A stretch of DNA of 64,000 nucleotides, from contig VXXM01000071.1 in NCBI GenBank assembly GCA_009835395.1, positions 29,396 through 93,395 on the forward strand. Reading direction: 5' to 3'. Shown here one piece after another: positions 8,975-17,704 of this stretch. The translations under genes were made by a program, and so were the position numbers. Numbering within the stretch: position 1 is the stretch's first letter; every line of letters starts with the position of its first letter. The DNA is from Acidimicrobiia bacterium. GTDB taxonomy: Bacteria > Actinomycetota > Acidimicrobiia > Acidimicrobiales > CATQHL01. Under the pieces are notes generated by a model. The model had not been told where the DNA came from and ran no database searches. It saw nothing but the letters and a program-made list of their open reading frames with translations.

Positions 8975-9868
8975 TCAGGAGTCATCCGGGCGGGCCAGCA
9001 GCAGCAGGGCGGCCTCGGGGCAGGGCATGCCGATCTCCACGCCGCGGGCGGCGGCCAGAGCGTTGGCCGCAGAGATGATCCCGTCCTGGTAGTGCGACAG
9101 CCCGCTGCCCATGCGGGCGCGTCGGGCGTCCACGGTGGCGCCGGCGAGGCCGTCGGCCTCCACGATGAACAACCCCGCCATGCCCGAGTCGTCCATGCCG
9201 CGTCCCCCGTCGGAGCAGATGAACCCCCAGGGGCTCGCCCGGCGCAGGTACGGCACCGCACTGCGCCCGGTGTGCCCGGCGGTCACCAGCACGTTGCGGC
9301 CTCGGTCCACCTCGGTGGCGAAGGCTATGGAGTCGGTGGCGATCACGCAGCGCCCGTCGGATGCGGCGTGCATGACGGTGCGGTTGGTGATCTCGTCGGC
9401 GGCCGCCGGCGTGGGATCGTTCTCGAGCATCATCCGGGCGGCGTTGGCGACGGCCATGCCGGCCCGCACGCCGCAGTCGGCGGCAGGCTGGTTGAAGAAG
9501 CTGATGACGCCGTTGCGGTACAGGTGCACCCCGTCGCCGAGGCGGGCGCTCATCACGTCGGCGACCGCCGCCGGGATGTCCAGCGCCTCCAGGAACCACA
9601 GGCCGGCGATGGCCGAACCCTCGGGGCCGATGCCGCAGTCCATGCCGATGGCGCCCCGCGGGGCGGCCTCGGCGATGAACCGGGCCGGCAGCACCCCGCA
9701 GTAGGAGGAGTTCACGCAGACGTCCCGGCCGCGATTCGACGGGTCGACGTGATAGGCGGAGTCCATGGCGCAGATCCGCCCCCGCCCCGTCGGCGACGTG
9801 AACACCACGGTTTGCTGTTCGGGGGTCTGCTGCCCGGGAACCGCCTCGCCGGCCGGCTGGGAGCTCAT
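8975..9868 (-). CDS. conserved hypothetical protein with internal tandem domain duplication (paralog A)
   Basis: 297 aa. ATGA overlap with the upstream acyl-CoA ligase stop. The two halves align to each other, and the whole protein aligns to the 16399-17271 product. I recognise no known motif. Confidence 0.7.
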   Translation of the reverse strand: MSSQPAGEAVPGQQTPEQQTVVFTSPTGRGRICAMDSAYHVDPSNRGRDVCVNSSYCGVLPARFIAEAAPRGAIGMDCGIGPEGSAIAGLWFLEALDIPAAVADVMSARLGDGVHLYRNGVISFFNQPAADCGVRAGMAVANAARMMLENDPTPAAADEITNRTVMHAASDGRCVIATDSIAFATEVDRGRNVLVTAGHTGRSAVPYLRRASPWGFICSDGGRGMDDSGMAGLFIVEADGLAGATVDARRARMGSGLSHYQDGIISAANALAAARGVEIGMPCPEAALLLLARPDDS

Positions 9869-11547
9869 GGCTGCAGGTGCCGGCGCCGCGGTGCGGGGCC
9901 GCGGTCGTCGGTGCCGACGGCGACACCGGTGGCGCGCAACTCCACCTTGCGCACCTTCTCCGAGGGCGTCTTGGGGAGTTCGGCGACGAAGCGCAGGTAG
10001 CGGGGGACGGCGAAGTACGGCAACCGCCGGTCGGCGAAGGCCCAGAGGTCCGCGGCGGCGATCTCGGTACCCGGCTCGGGGACGATCACGGCCAGGACCT
10101 CGTCCTCGCCCGCCTCCTGGTCGGCGGGCACGGCGACCACCGCCACCTCGGCCACGGCCGGATGGCCCAGGAGGGCCTGTTCCACCTCGTAGGAGCTGAT
10201 GTTCTCGCCGCGGCGGCGGATGGCGTCCTTGAGTCGGTCCACGAAGTAGAACCAGCCCTCGGCGTCGCGGCGCAGCCCGTCACCTGTGTGCCACCAGAGG
10301 TTGCGCCATGCCTGCTGGGTCGCCTCGGGCATGTTGTAGTACCCCACCGACTGGGTCCAGGGATGGCGGGCGCGCACCACGAGTTCGCCCAGCTCGTCGA
10401 CGGGGACCTCCTCGTCGGTCTCGGGGTCCACGAGCCGCACGTCGAACCAGTCGCGGTTCGCCAGCCCGGCGGCGCCCGGCGGGCGACCCTCGCGGTAGGG
10501 GCTGAGGATCGGCATGCAGGTCTCGGTCAATCCGAACACCTCCACGAACGCCTCCACGCCGAACCGCTGCTTGAACCCTTCGAGGATGCCCGAGGCGGTG
10601 GGCGCGGCGAAGATGCAGCGCAGGTGGTTGTCGGCGTCGTCGGGCCGCGGCGGCTGCTGCCACACGAAGTCCATCATCACGCCGACGAAGTTCGTGACCG
10701 TGGCACCGCTGGCACGGACTTGGCCGCTCCAGGCGCTGGCGCTGAACCGTTCCTGCAGGACGTAGCGGGCGCCGGCGATCAGCGCGGGGTATGCCGCCAG
10801 GAAGTGGCTGTTGCCGTGGAACAGCGGGCCGGCCGACATGTAGACGTCGGCGTCGCTGAGGCGGGTGAGCGACACGCACTGGTCGGCGAAGAGGTACATG
10901 TGGGCGTGGGGCATCATGACGCCCTTCGACAGGCCCGTCGTGCCGGAGGTGAAGAAGACCGATCCCAGATCGGAGTGGCGCACCGCCGGGAGGTCCGCGC
11001 CGCCGGCCGGAGACTCCTCGAGCAACTCCTCCCAGCCGGAGACGGCGAATCCCGCCTTCTGCAGGGTCGCCGACGCGGCGGCCCGCTCGTCGGCTGTGCC
11101 GCCGGCGAGGAAGAAGCGCTCCACCGTGCGCACCGCCTCGGCGCTCTCGGCGAAGCGCTCGGCATATGCGGGATCGATGAGCGCCAGGCGCGGCGCCACG
11201 GTCCGGGCCTGATGCTCCAGGAAGCTTCCCCGGAAGGCCGTGTTGATGGGGACCTCCGCCAGCCGTGCCAGCGACGACCCGAGCCAGGCCAGGATGTAGG
11301 CGGAGCAGTTCGGCAACATGATGAGCAACCGGTCGCCGGGGATCGCGCCGGCGGCGAGCAGGTTGCGGGCCATCCGCTCGGCGAGATCGAGCGTCTCGGC
11401 GTAGCTGTAGGACTCGCCTGTCCAGGGAACGTCGAGGTAGACGCGATCGCCGTGCGTCTCGGCGCGGTGGCGCAGCACGTGGGGGGAATTCCAGTGGCCC
11501 CGGTCGGCGAAGCTCGGGCGGTACTGGTCGTAGCTTCGCGGGGTCAT
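9865..11547 (-). CDS. AMP-dependent acyl-CoA synthetase/ligase
   Basis: 560 aa with AMP-binding motif FFTSGTTGLSKGV and the C-terminal ...GDEV...LPKTPSEKVRK pattern. Confidence 0.85.
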   Translation of the reverse strand: MTPRSYDQYRPSFADRGHWNSPHVLRHRAETHGDRVYLDVPWTGESYSYAETLDLAERMARNLLAAGAIPGDRLLIMLPNCSAYILAWLGSSLARLAEVPINTAFRGSFLEHQARTVAPRLALIDPAYAERFAESAEAVRTVERFFLAGGTADERAAASATLQKAGFAVSGWEELLEESPAGGADLPAVRHSDLGSVFFTSGTTGLSKGVMMPHAHMYLFADQCVSLTRLSDADVYMSAGPLFHGNSHFLAAYPALIAGARYVLQERFSASAWSGQVRASGATVTNFVGVMMDFVWQQPPRPDDADNHLRCIFAAPTASGILEGFKQRFGVEAFVEVFGLTETCMPILSPYREGRPPGAAGLANRDWFDVRLVDPETDEEVPVDELGELVVRARHPWTQSVGYYNMPEATQQAWRNLWWHTGDGLRRDAEGWFYFVDRLKDAIRRRGENISSYEVEQALLGHPAVAEVAVVAVPADQEAGEDEVLAVIVPEPGTEIAAADLWAFADRRLPYFAVPRYLRFVAELPKTPSEKVRKVELRATGVAVGTDDRGPAPRRRHLQP

Positions 11548-11569
11548 GCCGAGCGTGTTGCGGGGCCTG

Positions 11570-12340
11570 CTACCGGGCGTCGCGCGGGGGAAACTGCGGC
11601 TTGCGCTTCTCCAGGAAGGCGTTGGCCCCCTCGAGCATGTCGGGCGAGCCGATGGCCTGCATCAGCATTCCCAGGCCGGACTGCATGTTGTCGCGCAGTT
11701 GGTGCCACCAGACGTTCGTGCTGATCTTGGCGATCTCCATGTAGCGCGCTGACATCGCGCAGATCTCGTCGCACCAGCGCTCCACCTCGGCGTACAGTTC
11801 GTCGTGGGGCACGACCGCATTGATCCAGCCCAGGTCCAGGGCCTCGGCGGCGCTGTAGGGGCGGCAGAGGTAGACCACCTCCTTGGCCTTCTTCTCTCCC
11901 ACGGTCATCGCCAGCAGGTTGGTGCCGCCCAGCACCGGGGCACTGCCGACCTTCACACCGGTCTGGCCGAAGCGTGCGTTCTCCGAGGCGATGGCCAGGT
12001 CGCACACCACGACCAGCTCGTTGCCGCCACCGAAGGCGGGACCGTTCACCGCGGCGATGACCGGCATCGGCGCCGAACGGATGGCGTCGAAGAGTTCGAG
12101 GCTGCCGGTGAACATGGCGCGCAACTCCCAGAAGTCGGGATCGGCCAGGTTCGCCAGGTAGCCGCCGGCGCAGAACGCCCGGCCCTCGCCGGTGATGACG
12201 GCGACCCGGGCGTCGCTGTGTTCGCGCAGGGCCGCGATGATCTCGTCGACGGTCGTCCGGTCGTACGCGTTGAGCCGCTCGGGTCGGTTCAGCCGCAACC
12301 AGAGAACCTTCTCCTGGCGCTCGGTGATCACGTCGGCCAT
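11570..12340 (-). CDS. enoyl-CoA hydratase/isomerase (crotonase) family protein
   Basis: Start taken at ATG 12338-12340 (MADVITERQEKVLWLRLNRPERLNAY), preceded by GGGAGGAG. Crotonase pattern ...FCAGGYL... and AAVNGPAFGGGNEL. Confidence 0.8.
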   Translation of the reverse strand: MADVITERQEKVLWLRLNRPERLNAYDRTTVDEIIAALREHSDARVAVITGEGRAFCAGGYLANLADPDFWELRAMFTGSLELFDAIRSAPMPVIAAVNGPAFGGGNELVVVCDLAIASENARFGQTGVKVGSAPVLGGTNLLAMTVGEKKAKEVVYLCRPYSAAEALDLGWINAVVPHDELYAEVERWCDEICAMSARYMEIAKISTNVWWHQLRDNMQSGLGMLMQAIGSPDMLEGANAFLEKRKPQFPPRDAR

Positions 12341-12523
12341 GGTTCGGTTGCTCCTCCCGCGGCGCACCACAGAGCGGCGCGTGACGCCTATCTACCAACC
12401 GTTTATTCTAGGTGCCGGAGCCGGAGCGGAGAGGTCCGCCCGCTACGCTGCGGCCGCCGTCGACAGTCTTCCTGAAGTCTCAGCGGCGGGAGCGACGAGG
12501 TCAAGCAAGGAGAGGGCTGGGCG

Positions 12524-13717
12524 ATGGCGATCTTCGAACTTCCCCAGTTGTATCGCGACGTGAAGGCCGAGGCGCAGGCGGTGGCCGCCGAGGTTGCGCC
12601 GTTCGCCGCCGAGGCGGACGAGAGCTCGGAGGTCCACGGGCCGACCCTGGCGATCCTGCGCTCGAGCCGGCTGTGCGAGCTGATGGTGCCGTCCGCCTAC
12701 GGGGGACGTTTCGAGCGGGTGGATCCGCTCGCCGTGTGCGTGGCGCGGGAGGTCTGCATGAAGGCCTCTGCACACTTGGACGCCCTGCTGGCCCTGCAGG
12801 GCATCGGGAGCTACGCGATCGCCGTCGGCGGCAGCGAGACGCAGCGGCGGACGTGGCTCCCGCGGGTGGCCTCGGGCGAGTCGTTGGCGGCGCTGGCGCT
12901 GACCGAACCCGAGGCGGGTTCGGATCTCAAGGCGATCACGACGACGCTGCGGCCCGCCACTCCCGGCGGCGACGAGTTCCTGCTGTCGGGCAACAAGTCG
13001 TTCATCTCGAATGCCCCCTCGGCTGATCTCTTCACGGTGCTGGCGCGCGAACCGGCGCCGGAAGGCGACGGCGAGGACAGCTACTCGATGGTGCTGGTGC
13101 CCGCCGACGCACCGGGCGTCCAAGTCTCGCCGACACCGGAGATCATGGCGCCGCATGTCCTCGGAGAGGTGGAGTTCCGCGACGTGGTGCTGCCCGCCGA
13201 CAATCGGCTGGGGCCTGCCGGCAAGGGGTTCGCCCACGTGTTCGCCACGCTGTCGGTGTTCCGGTCCTCGGTGGCGGGTGCGGCCGTGGGGCTCATGGAG
13301 GGGGCGCTGGAGGTCGCCGCCCGTCATGCTGCCGAGCGCCACCAGTTCGGGCGGCCGCTGGTGCGCCTGGGTTCAGTGGCGAACCTGCTCGCCGACTCAT
13401 GGGTGGACCTGGAGTCGTCCCGGCTGCTGGCCTACCGGGCCGCCGACACCGCCCGGCTCGACCCTGCCACCACCCTCGACTACTCCTCGCTGGCCAAGCT
13501 GGCGGCGACCGAGGCGGCCGGGCGTGTGGTGGACCGCTGCGTGCAGGTCATGGGACGCTGGGGGCTCATCAAGGGTTCCCGCATCGAGCAGTACTACCGC
13601 CAGGCCCGGCCCATGCGCCTCTACGAGGGGGCGAGCGAGGTGCTGCGCCTGGGGATCGCCAACCGCTTGTGCCGCGACATCCTCGAGCAGGACATGCCCG
13701 GCGATGCACAGGATTGA
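12524..13717 (+). CDS. acyl-CoA dehydrogenase
   Basis: 397 aa. Has the ALTEPEAGSD and C-terminal YEGASEVLRLGIA motifs characteristic of the ACAD family. AGGAGAGGG precedes the ATG. Confidence 0.85.
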   Translation: MAIFELPQLYRDVKAEAQAVAAEVAPFAAEADESSEVHGPTLAILRSSRLCELMVPSAYGGRFERVDPLAVCVAREVCMKASAHLDALLALQGIGSYAIAVGGSETQRRTWLPRVASGESLAALALTEPEAGSDLKAITTTLRPATPGGDEFLLSGNKSFISNAPSADLFTVLAREPAPEGDGEDSYSMVLVPADAPGVQVSPTPEIMAPHVLGEVEFRDVVLPADNRLGPAGKGFAHVFATLSVFRSSVAGAAVGLMEGALEVAARHAAERHQFGRPLVRLGSVANLLADSWVDLESSRLLAYRAADTARLDPATTLDYSSLAKLAATEAAGRVVDRCVQVMGRWGLIKGSRIEQYYRQARPMRLYEGASEVLRLGIANRLCRDILEQDMPGDAQD

Positions 13718-13746
13718 ACGCCCGGAGCCGATCGCGAGGCGCTGAC

Positions 13747-14499
13747 ATGGATCTCCAGTTGACCGACACCGTGGCCATCGTCACCGGGGCCAGCCGCGGA
13801 CTGGGCAGGGCCGCGGCCGAGGCTCTCGCCGGCGAGGGCGCGCGGGTCGTGGCAGCTGCCCGCTCGGCGGATGCCCTGGAGGATCTGGCGGCGGGCTCCG
13901 CCGGGCGGATCTGCCCGGTGCGCTGCGACATGCGCGACGCCGCCGAGGTCGCCGGCCTCGCCGAGGTGGCGATCGAGCGCTTCGGGCGGCTGGACTGCGT
14001 GGTCAACAACGCCGGGATCGCGCCCGCCGGCACGTTTCTGGATCAGGACCTGGAGGTGCTGGCGGAGGTGGTGGCGGTGAACGTGACGGCGCCGGCGGTC
14101 CTGTCGCAGGCCGCGGCCCGCCACTTCGTGGACTCCGGCCAGGGCGGCTCGATCATCAACGTCGGTTCCACCTCGAGCCTCAAGGGCAAGCCGCTGCTGG
14201 CCGCTTACAGCGCTTCGAAGGGTGCCCTGGCGCGCCTCACCGAGGCGCTGGCGGCAGAGTGGGCCCGCTACGGCATCAGGGTGAACATGATCGCCCCCGG
14301 CGCCTTCGCCACCGAGGCCCAGGCGCAGGTGCTGGCCGACGAGAAGATGCTCGCCGCTCGCCTCCGCAAGATCCCCCTGCGCCGGATGGGCGAGCCCGCC
14401 GAACTGGGCCCGCTGGTCTGCTACTTGGCCTCCCCCCTGGCGGCGTTCGTCACCGGTTCCTGTTTCGTGATCGACGGCGGCGAGGTGTCCAAGCTCTGA
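13747..14499 (+). CDS. short-chain dehydrogenase/reductase (SDR)
   Basis: Start at ATG 13747 (MDLQLTDTVAIVTGASRGLGRA). TGxxxGxG cofactor motif, NNAG, and YSASK catalytic motif. Confidence 0.85.
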   Translation: MDLQLTDTVAIVTGASRGLGRAAAEALAGEGARVVAAARSADALEDLAAGSAGRICPVRCDMRDAAEVAGLAEVAIERFGRLDCVVNNAGIAPAGTFLDQDLEVLAEVVAVNVTAPAVLSQAAARHFVDSGQGGSIINVGSTSSLKGKPLLAAYSASKGALARLTEALAAEWARYGIRVNMIAPGAFATEAQAQVLADEKMLAARLRKIPLRRMGEPAELGPLVCYLASPLAAFVTGSCFVIDGGEVSKL

Positions 14500-14575
14500 G
14501 CACCCACCGCAGCGCCGGGCGGCCCCGTGTGGCTGCCAACCGCTTCTCTCCATCCCAGTGACTCCAGGAGGTCCC

Positions 14576-15316
14576 ATGACAGTCCAGCCAACCCTCGTCG
14601 GGGGAGCCGACCGGTCGGTTCTGGGCAGCGCCCCCCTGGCGAGCGGCCAGATCGACGCCGTCTCGCCGAAGTTCGCCGAGGGCCTCGCCCGGGTGCGCGA
14701 GGTCACCGATACCGACGGCGCCTGTCCCGCCTGGGCGAAAGCGCTGTACATGGCGGCCGCGGCGGCCGTCAAGGGTCACCGCCAGATGCTGATGGCGCAG
14801 ATGGAACGATCGCGGGACCTGGGGCTCGAACTCGACGTGGCTCGCGGTGCCGCCCTCACCGTGCTGATCTCCCGCGGCGAGGCCGTCTACACCCTGTTCA
14901 ACTCGGCCATCGACGAGACCTTCGGCCGGACGCTCGGCGCCGGAAGCGGTGATGCCGAGGAGTTCTGCCTGGATCGCCGAGCGTGCCTCGACTACTTCGA
15001 GGACTACTTCGGGTTCGTTCCCGACTACGTGAAGCTCATGGCCGATGAGGCGCCCCGGGCGCTGGAGGGCTACGTGCTGATGCGCGAGTGGTCCCTGGCC
15101 GAGAACGTGCTGGACGCCGGCCACGCCGAACTGCTGCTGTGCACCATCAATGCCGCCGAATTCTCCGCCCGCTTCGTGAACGTGCACGCCAACGGCGCCC
15201 GCCGGGCCGGCTGCAGTGAGGCGCAGATCACCGAGGCGGTGGTGTGCGCCATCCCGGTGGCGGGCGTGGCGGCCTGGCTGCCGGGTGCCGACGGCATCAT
15301 GGAGGGCCGTTCGTGA
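14576..15316 (+). CDS. carboxymuconolactone decarboxylase (AhpD-like) family protein, two-domain
   Basis: ATG at 14576 sits 5 nt after AGGAGG; the ORF-track GTG at 14558 is less likely. Helical CMD-like repeats are present. The stop overlaps the next gene as GTGA. Confidence 0.5.
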   Translation: MTVQPTLVGGADRSVLGSAPLASGQIDAVSPKFAEGLARVREVTDTDGACPAWAKALYMAAAAAVKGHRQMLMAQMERSRDLGLELDVARGAALTVLISRGEAVYTLFNSAIDETFGRTLGAGSGDAEEFCLDRRACLDYFEDYFGFVPDYVKLMADEAPRALEGYVLMREWSLAENVLDAGHAELLLCTINAAEFSARFVNVHANGARRAGCSEAQITEAVVCAIPVAGVAAWLPGADGIMEGRS

Positions 15317-16353
15317 CACGTGCCGATGGTCTCGCCGACGGTCCGGCCGATGGCCTCATCGACGTGCACGGCCACATCGTGCTGGAGGGCTCGATGGGGC
15401 AGGCGGGAGCATGCGGCCCCGAGATCGGCCACCACCCCGACGGCAGCCCGTGGTTCCGCGTCGGCAACTACCAACTCGACGGCGTGGCCTACCGGGGATC
15501 GCTGTTCATCGAGGTGGACATGCGCCTCGCCGCCATGGACACCGCCGGGATCAGGCTGCAGGCACTCTCGCCGAACCCGCTGACCTACCTGCACTTCATC
15601 GACGCCCCCGCCGCGGTGGACTTCTGTCGGGCGCACAACGACAGCCTGGCCGAGGTCGTGGCCGGCCATCCCGGCCGGTTCGTGGGCCTCGGCGCCCTGC
15701 CGATGCAGGACATCGGGGCGGCCTGTGCCGAGTTGCGTCGCATCGTCGGCGACCTGGGGCTGCTCGGCGGTTACGTCGGCACCGACTTCGGCACGCCGCT
15801 GGACGCGCCCGCCATGGACGCCCTCTACGAGACCTGCCTGGAGCTGGACGTACCGCTGTTCCTGCACCCCACCCAGTCGGGCATCGACGGCCCGCTGCTG
15901 GACGAGCGTTTGCGGCGCTGGGATCTGGACCTCGTGCTGGAGTACTCCTTCGAGGAGGCCCTGGCAGCCGCGACGCTGATCTTCGGCGGCGTGCTGCGCC
16001 GTCACCCCGCCCTGGACATCTGCCTGAGCCACGGCGGGGGATCCCTGGCCCTGACGCTGTCAAAGCTGCGCAAGCTGGCCGAGCGGCGCCCCGCCTCGCC
16101 GGACTGGCTGAAGCCCGAAGGCGTCTTCGACAGCCAACTCGAACGGCTCTGGTTCGACTGCCACGTGACCGGCGAGCGCGAGTTCGCCTTCGTCACCGAC
16201 GTCCTGGGAACCGACCGGCTGGTCTACGGCACCAACTTCGGGGGCTGGGACCGCGGCGCCGGTCCGCACGTGGGCGAGTTGGCAGGCACGCTCAACGAGA
16301 ACGCCGCCCGGCTGCTGCGCCTGGGCGACCGGGCCCCTCAACTGCTGGCCTGA
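15313..16353 (+). CDS. amidohydrolase-2 family protein (ACMSD/LigW-type decarboxylase or hydratase fold)
   Basis: GTG at 15313 overlaps the upstream stop. It carries the DVHGH metal motif near the N-terminus, and later FLHPT and LSHGGG segments typical of PF04909-like proteins. Confidence 0.7.
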   Translation: MTRADGLADGPADGLIDVHGHIVLEGSMGQAGACGPEIGHHPDGSPWFRVGNYQLDGVAYRGSLFIEVDMRLAAMDTAGIRLQALSPNPLTYLHFIDAPAAVDFCRAHNDSLAEVVAGHPGRFVGLGALPMQDIGAACAELRRIVGDLGLLGGYVGTDFGTPLDAPAMDALYETCLELDVPLFLHPTQSGIDGPLLDERLRRWDLDLVLEYSFEEALAAATLIFGGVLRRHPALDICLSHGGGSLALTLSKLRKLAERRPASPDWLKPEGVFDSQLERLWFDCHVTGEREFAFVTDVLGTDRLVYGTNFGGWDRGAGPHVGELAGTLNENAARLLRLGDRAPQLLA

Positions 16354-16398
16354 GGCGCGGGGTCGGCGAGGAGATCCGGCCGGAACGAGGAGGAGACG

Positions 16399-17271
16399 AT
16401 GGCTACCGAAGCGCCGCTGCTGGCGAACGAGGCGGATCATCCCCAGGAGGTCGTGGCCACACACGGTGACCGGCGGGTCGTGGTCATGGACTCGGCCCGC
16501 TACGTGGACGCCCGCAACCACCGCAGCGACGTCGTGGTGCCTGCCTCGTACCTCGGGGTGCTGCCCGCGCGGCTCATGGTGCCTCACAGGCCTCGGGCGG
16601 TCATCGCCCACGACGGCGCCGTCGGCATGGACGGGGCGGGCATCGCGGGGCTGTGGTACCTGGAGGCGCTCGGCATCCCCGCTGCCACGGCGTCAGCCGA
16701 ATCGTCGGAGTTGGGCAACGGCATGGACCAGTACGCCTGCGGGGTGATCAGCCGGCTCAACATCTACGCCGAGCGCTGCGGGGTGACCGAGGGGATGCCG
16801 GTGGCGGAGGCCGCCAGGCTGCTGGCCTGCAACGACCCGGTCGGCGAGATCGACGAGGGCACGAAGATCCGCCGCGAGGTCATGGCCACCTCGCCGACGG
16901 GTCGGGAGTTGGTGGTGACCGATTCCATCGTGTTCGCCCAGCCGGGGGACTCCCGCAACGTGCTGGTGACCGCCGGCCACACCGGCCGCAGCGGGGCGGG
17001 GTTCTTGCTGGAGGTCTCCCCGCACGGCTTCATCTGCGCCGACGGCGGCCGCGCCAAGAACGACTCCGGCATCGCCGGCCTGGCCATCGTGGAGCGCCAC
17101 GGCCTGGCGGGCGGCTCCTTCGATGCGTGGACGGCCCCCATCGGCGACGCCTTCAAGGCGTACGAGATCGGCAAGGTCGGCGCCTGCAACCGCCTGGCGG
17201 CGGCTCGTGGCGTCGCGGTGGGCATGCCGGTTCGCAACGCCGCCATGGCGCTCCTGCTGCACGAGGACTGA
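16399..17271 (+). CDS. conserved hypothetical protein with internal tandem domain duplication (paralog B)
   Basis: 290 aa, colinear with the 8975-9868 product. Shared blocks include SY.GVLPAR, G.DG.GIAGLW.LEALGIPAA, NVLVTAGHTGRS, GFIC.DGGR..DSG.AGL and N.LAAARGV.GMP. Confidence 0.7.
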   Translation: MATEAPLLANEADHPQEVVATHGDRRVVVMDSARYVDARNHRSDVVVPASYLGVLPARLMVPHRPRAVIAHDGAVGMDGAGIAGLWYLEALGIPAATASAESSELGNGMDQYACGVISRLNIYAERCGVTEGMPVAEAARLLACNDPVGEIDEGTKIRREVMATSPTGRELVVTDSIVFAQPGDSRNVLVTAGHTGRSGAGFLLEVSPHGFICADGGRAKNDSGIAGLAIVERHGLAGGSFDAWTAPIGDAFKAYEIGKVGACNRLAAARGVAVGMPVRNAAMALLLHED

Positions 17272-17278
17272 GCCGCCG

Positions 17279-17704
17279 ATGCAGCCGCCGGACCGCGCCG
17301 ACCGAGCGCTGACCGGTGAGTTCTGGGCTGGCGTGGACCGGGGCGAACTGCTGCGGCCGGTCTGCGGACGCTGCGGGCGGAGCTTCTTCACCCCCCAGGT
17401 GGTCTGCCCTCTCTGCGGCAGCGGGCGTTGGACCTACGAGCCGAGCGCGGGACGCGGCACGGTCTACAGCTTCACCGTGGTGCATCGCCCGCCCGAGCCG
17501 GCCTTCGAGGCGCCGTACACCCTGGCCGTCGTTGACATGGCCGAGGGCTGGCACCTGCTGACGTGGATCGTGGACTGTCCGGCGGACGAGGTCCGGATCG
17601 GGATGGAGGTGCAGGTCCGGTTCACAGCCGGACCCGACGGCGCGCTCCTGCCGGCATTCGCCCCGCGGGCCGCCGCCCATGGGCCTGCCGGAGCGGCGGC
17701 ATGA
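17279..17704 (+). CDS. DUF35-type Zn-ribbon/OB-fold protein (thiolase-associated)
   Basis: ATG at 17279. Zinc ribbon CGRCGRSFFTPQVVCPLCGS is followed by the OB-fold segment GTVYSFTVVH...LAVVDMAEG. The stop overlaps the next start as ATGA. Confidence 0.75.
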   Translation: MQPPDRADRALTGEFWAGVDRGELLRPVCGRCGRSFFTPQVVCPLCGSGRWTYEPSAGRGTVYSFTVVHRPPEPAFEAPYTLAVVDMAEGWHLLTWIVDCPADEVRIGMEVQVRFTAGPDGALLPAFAPRAAAHGPAGAAA

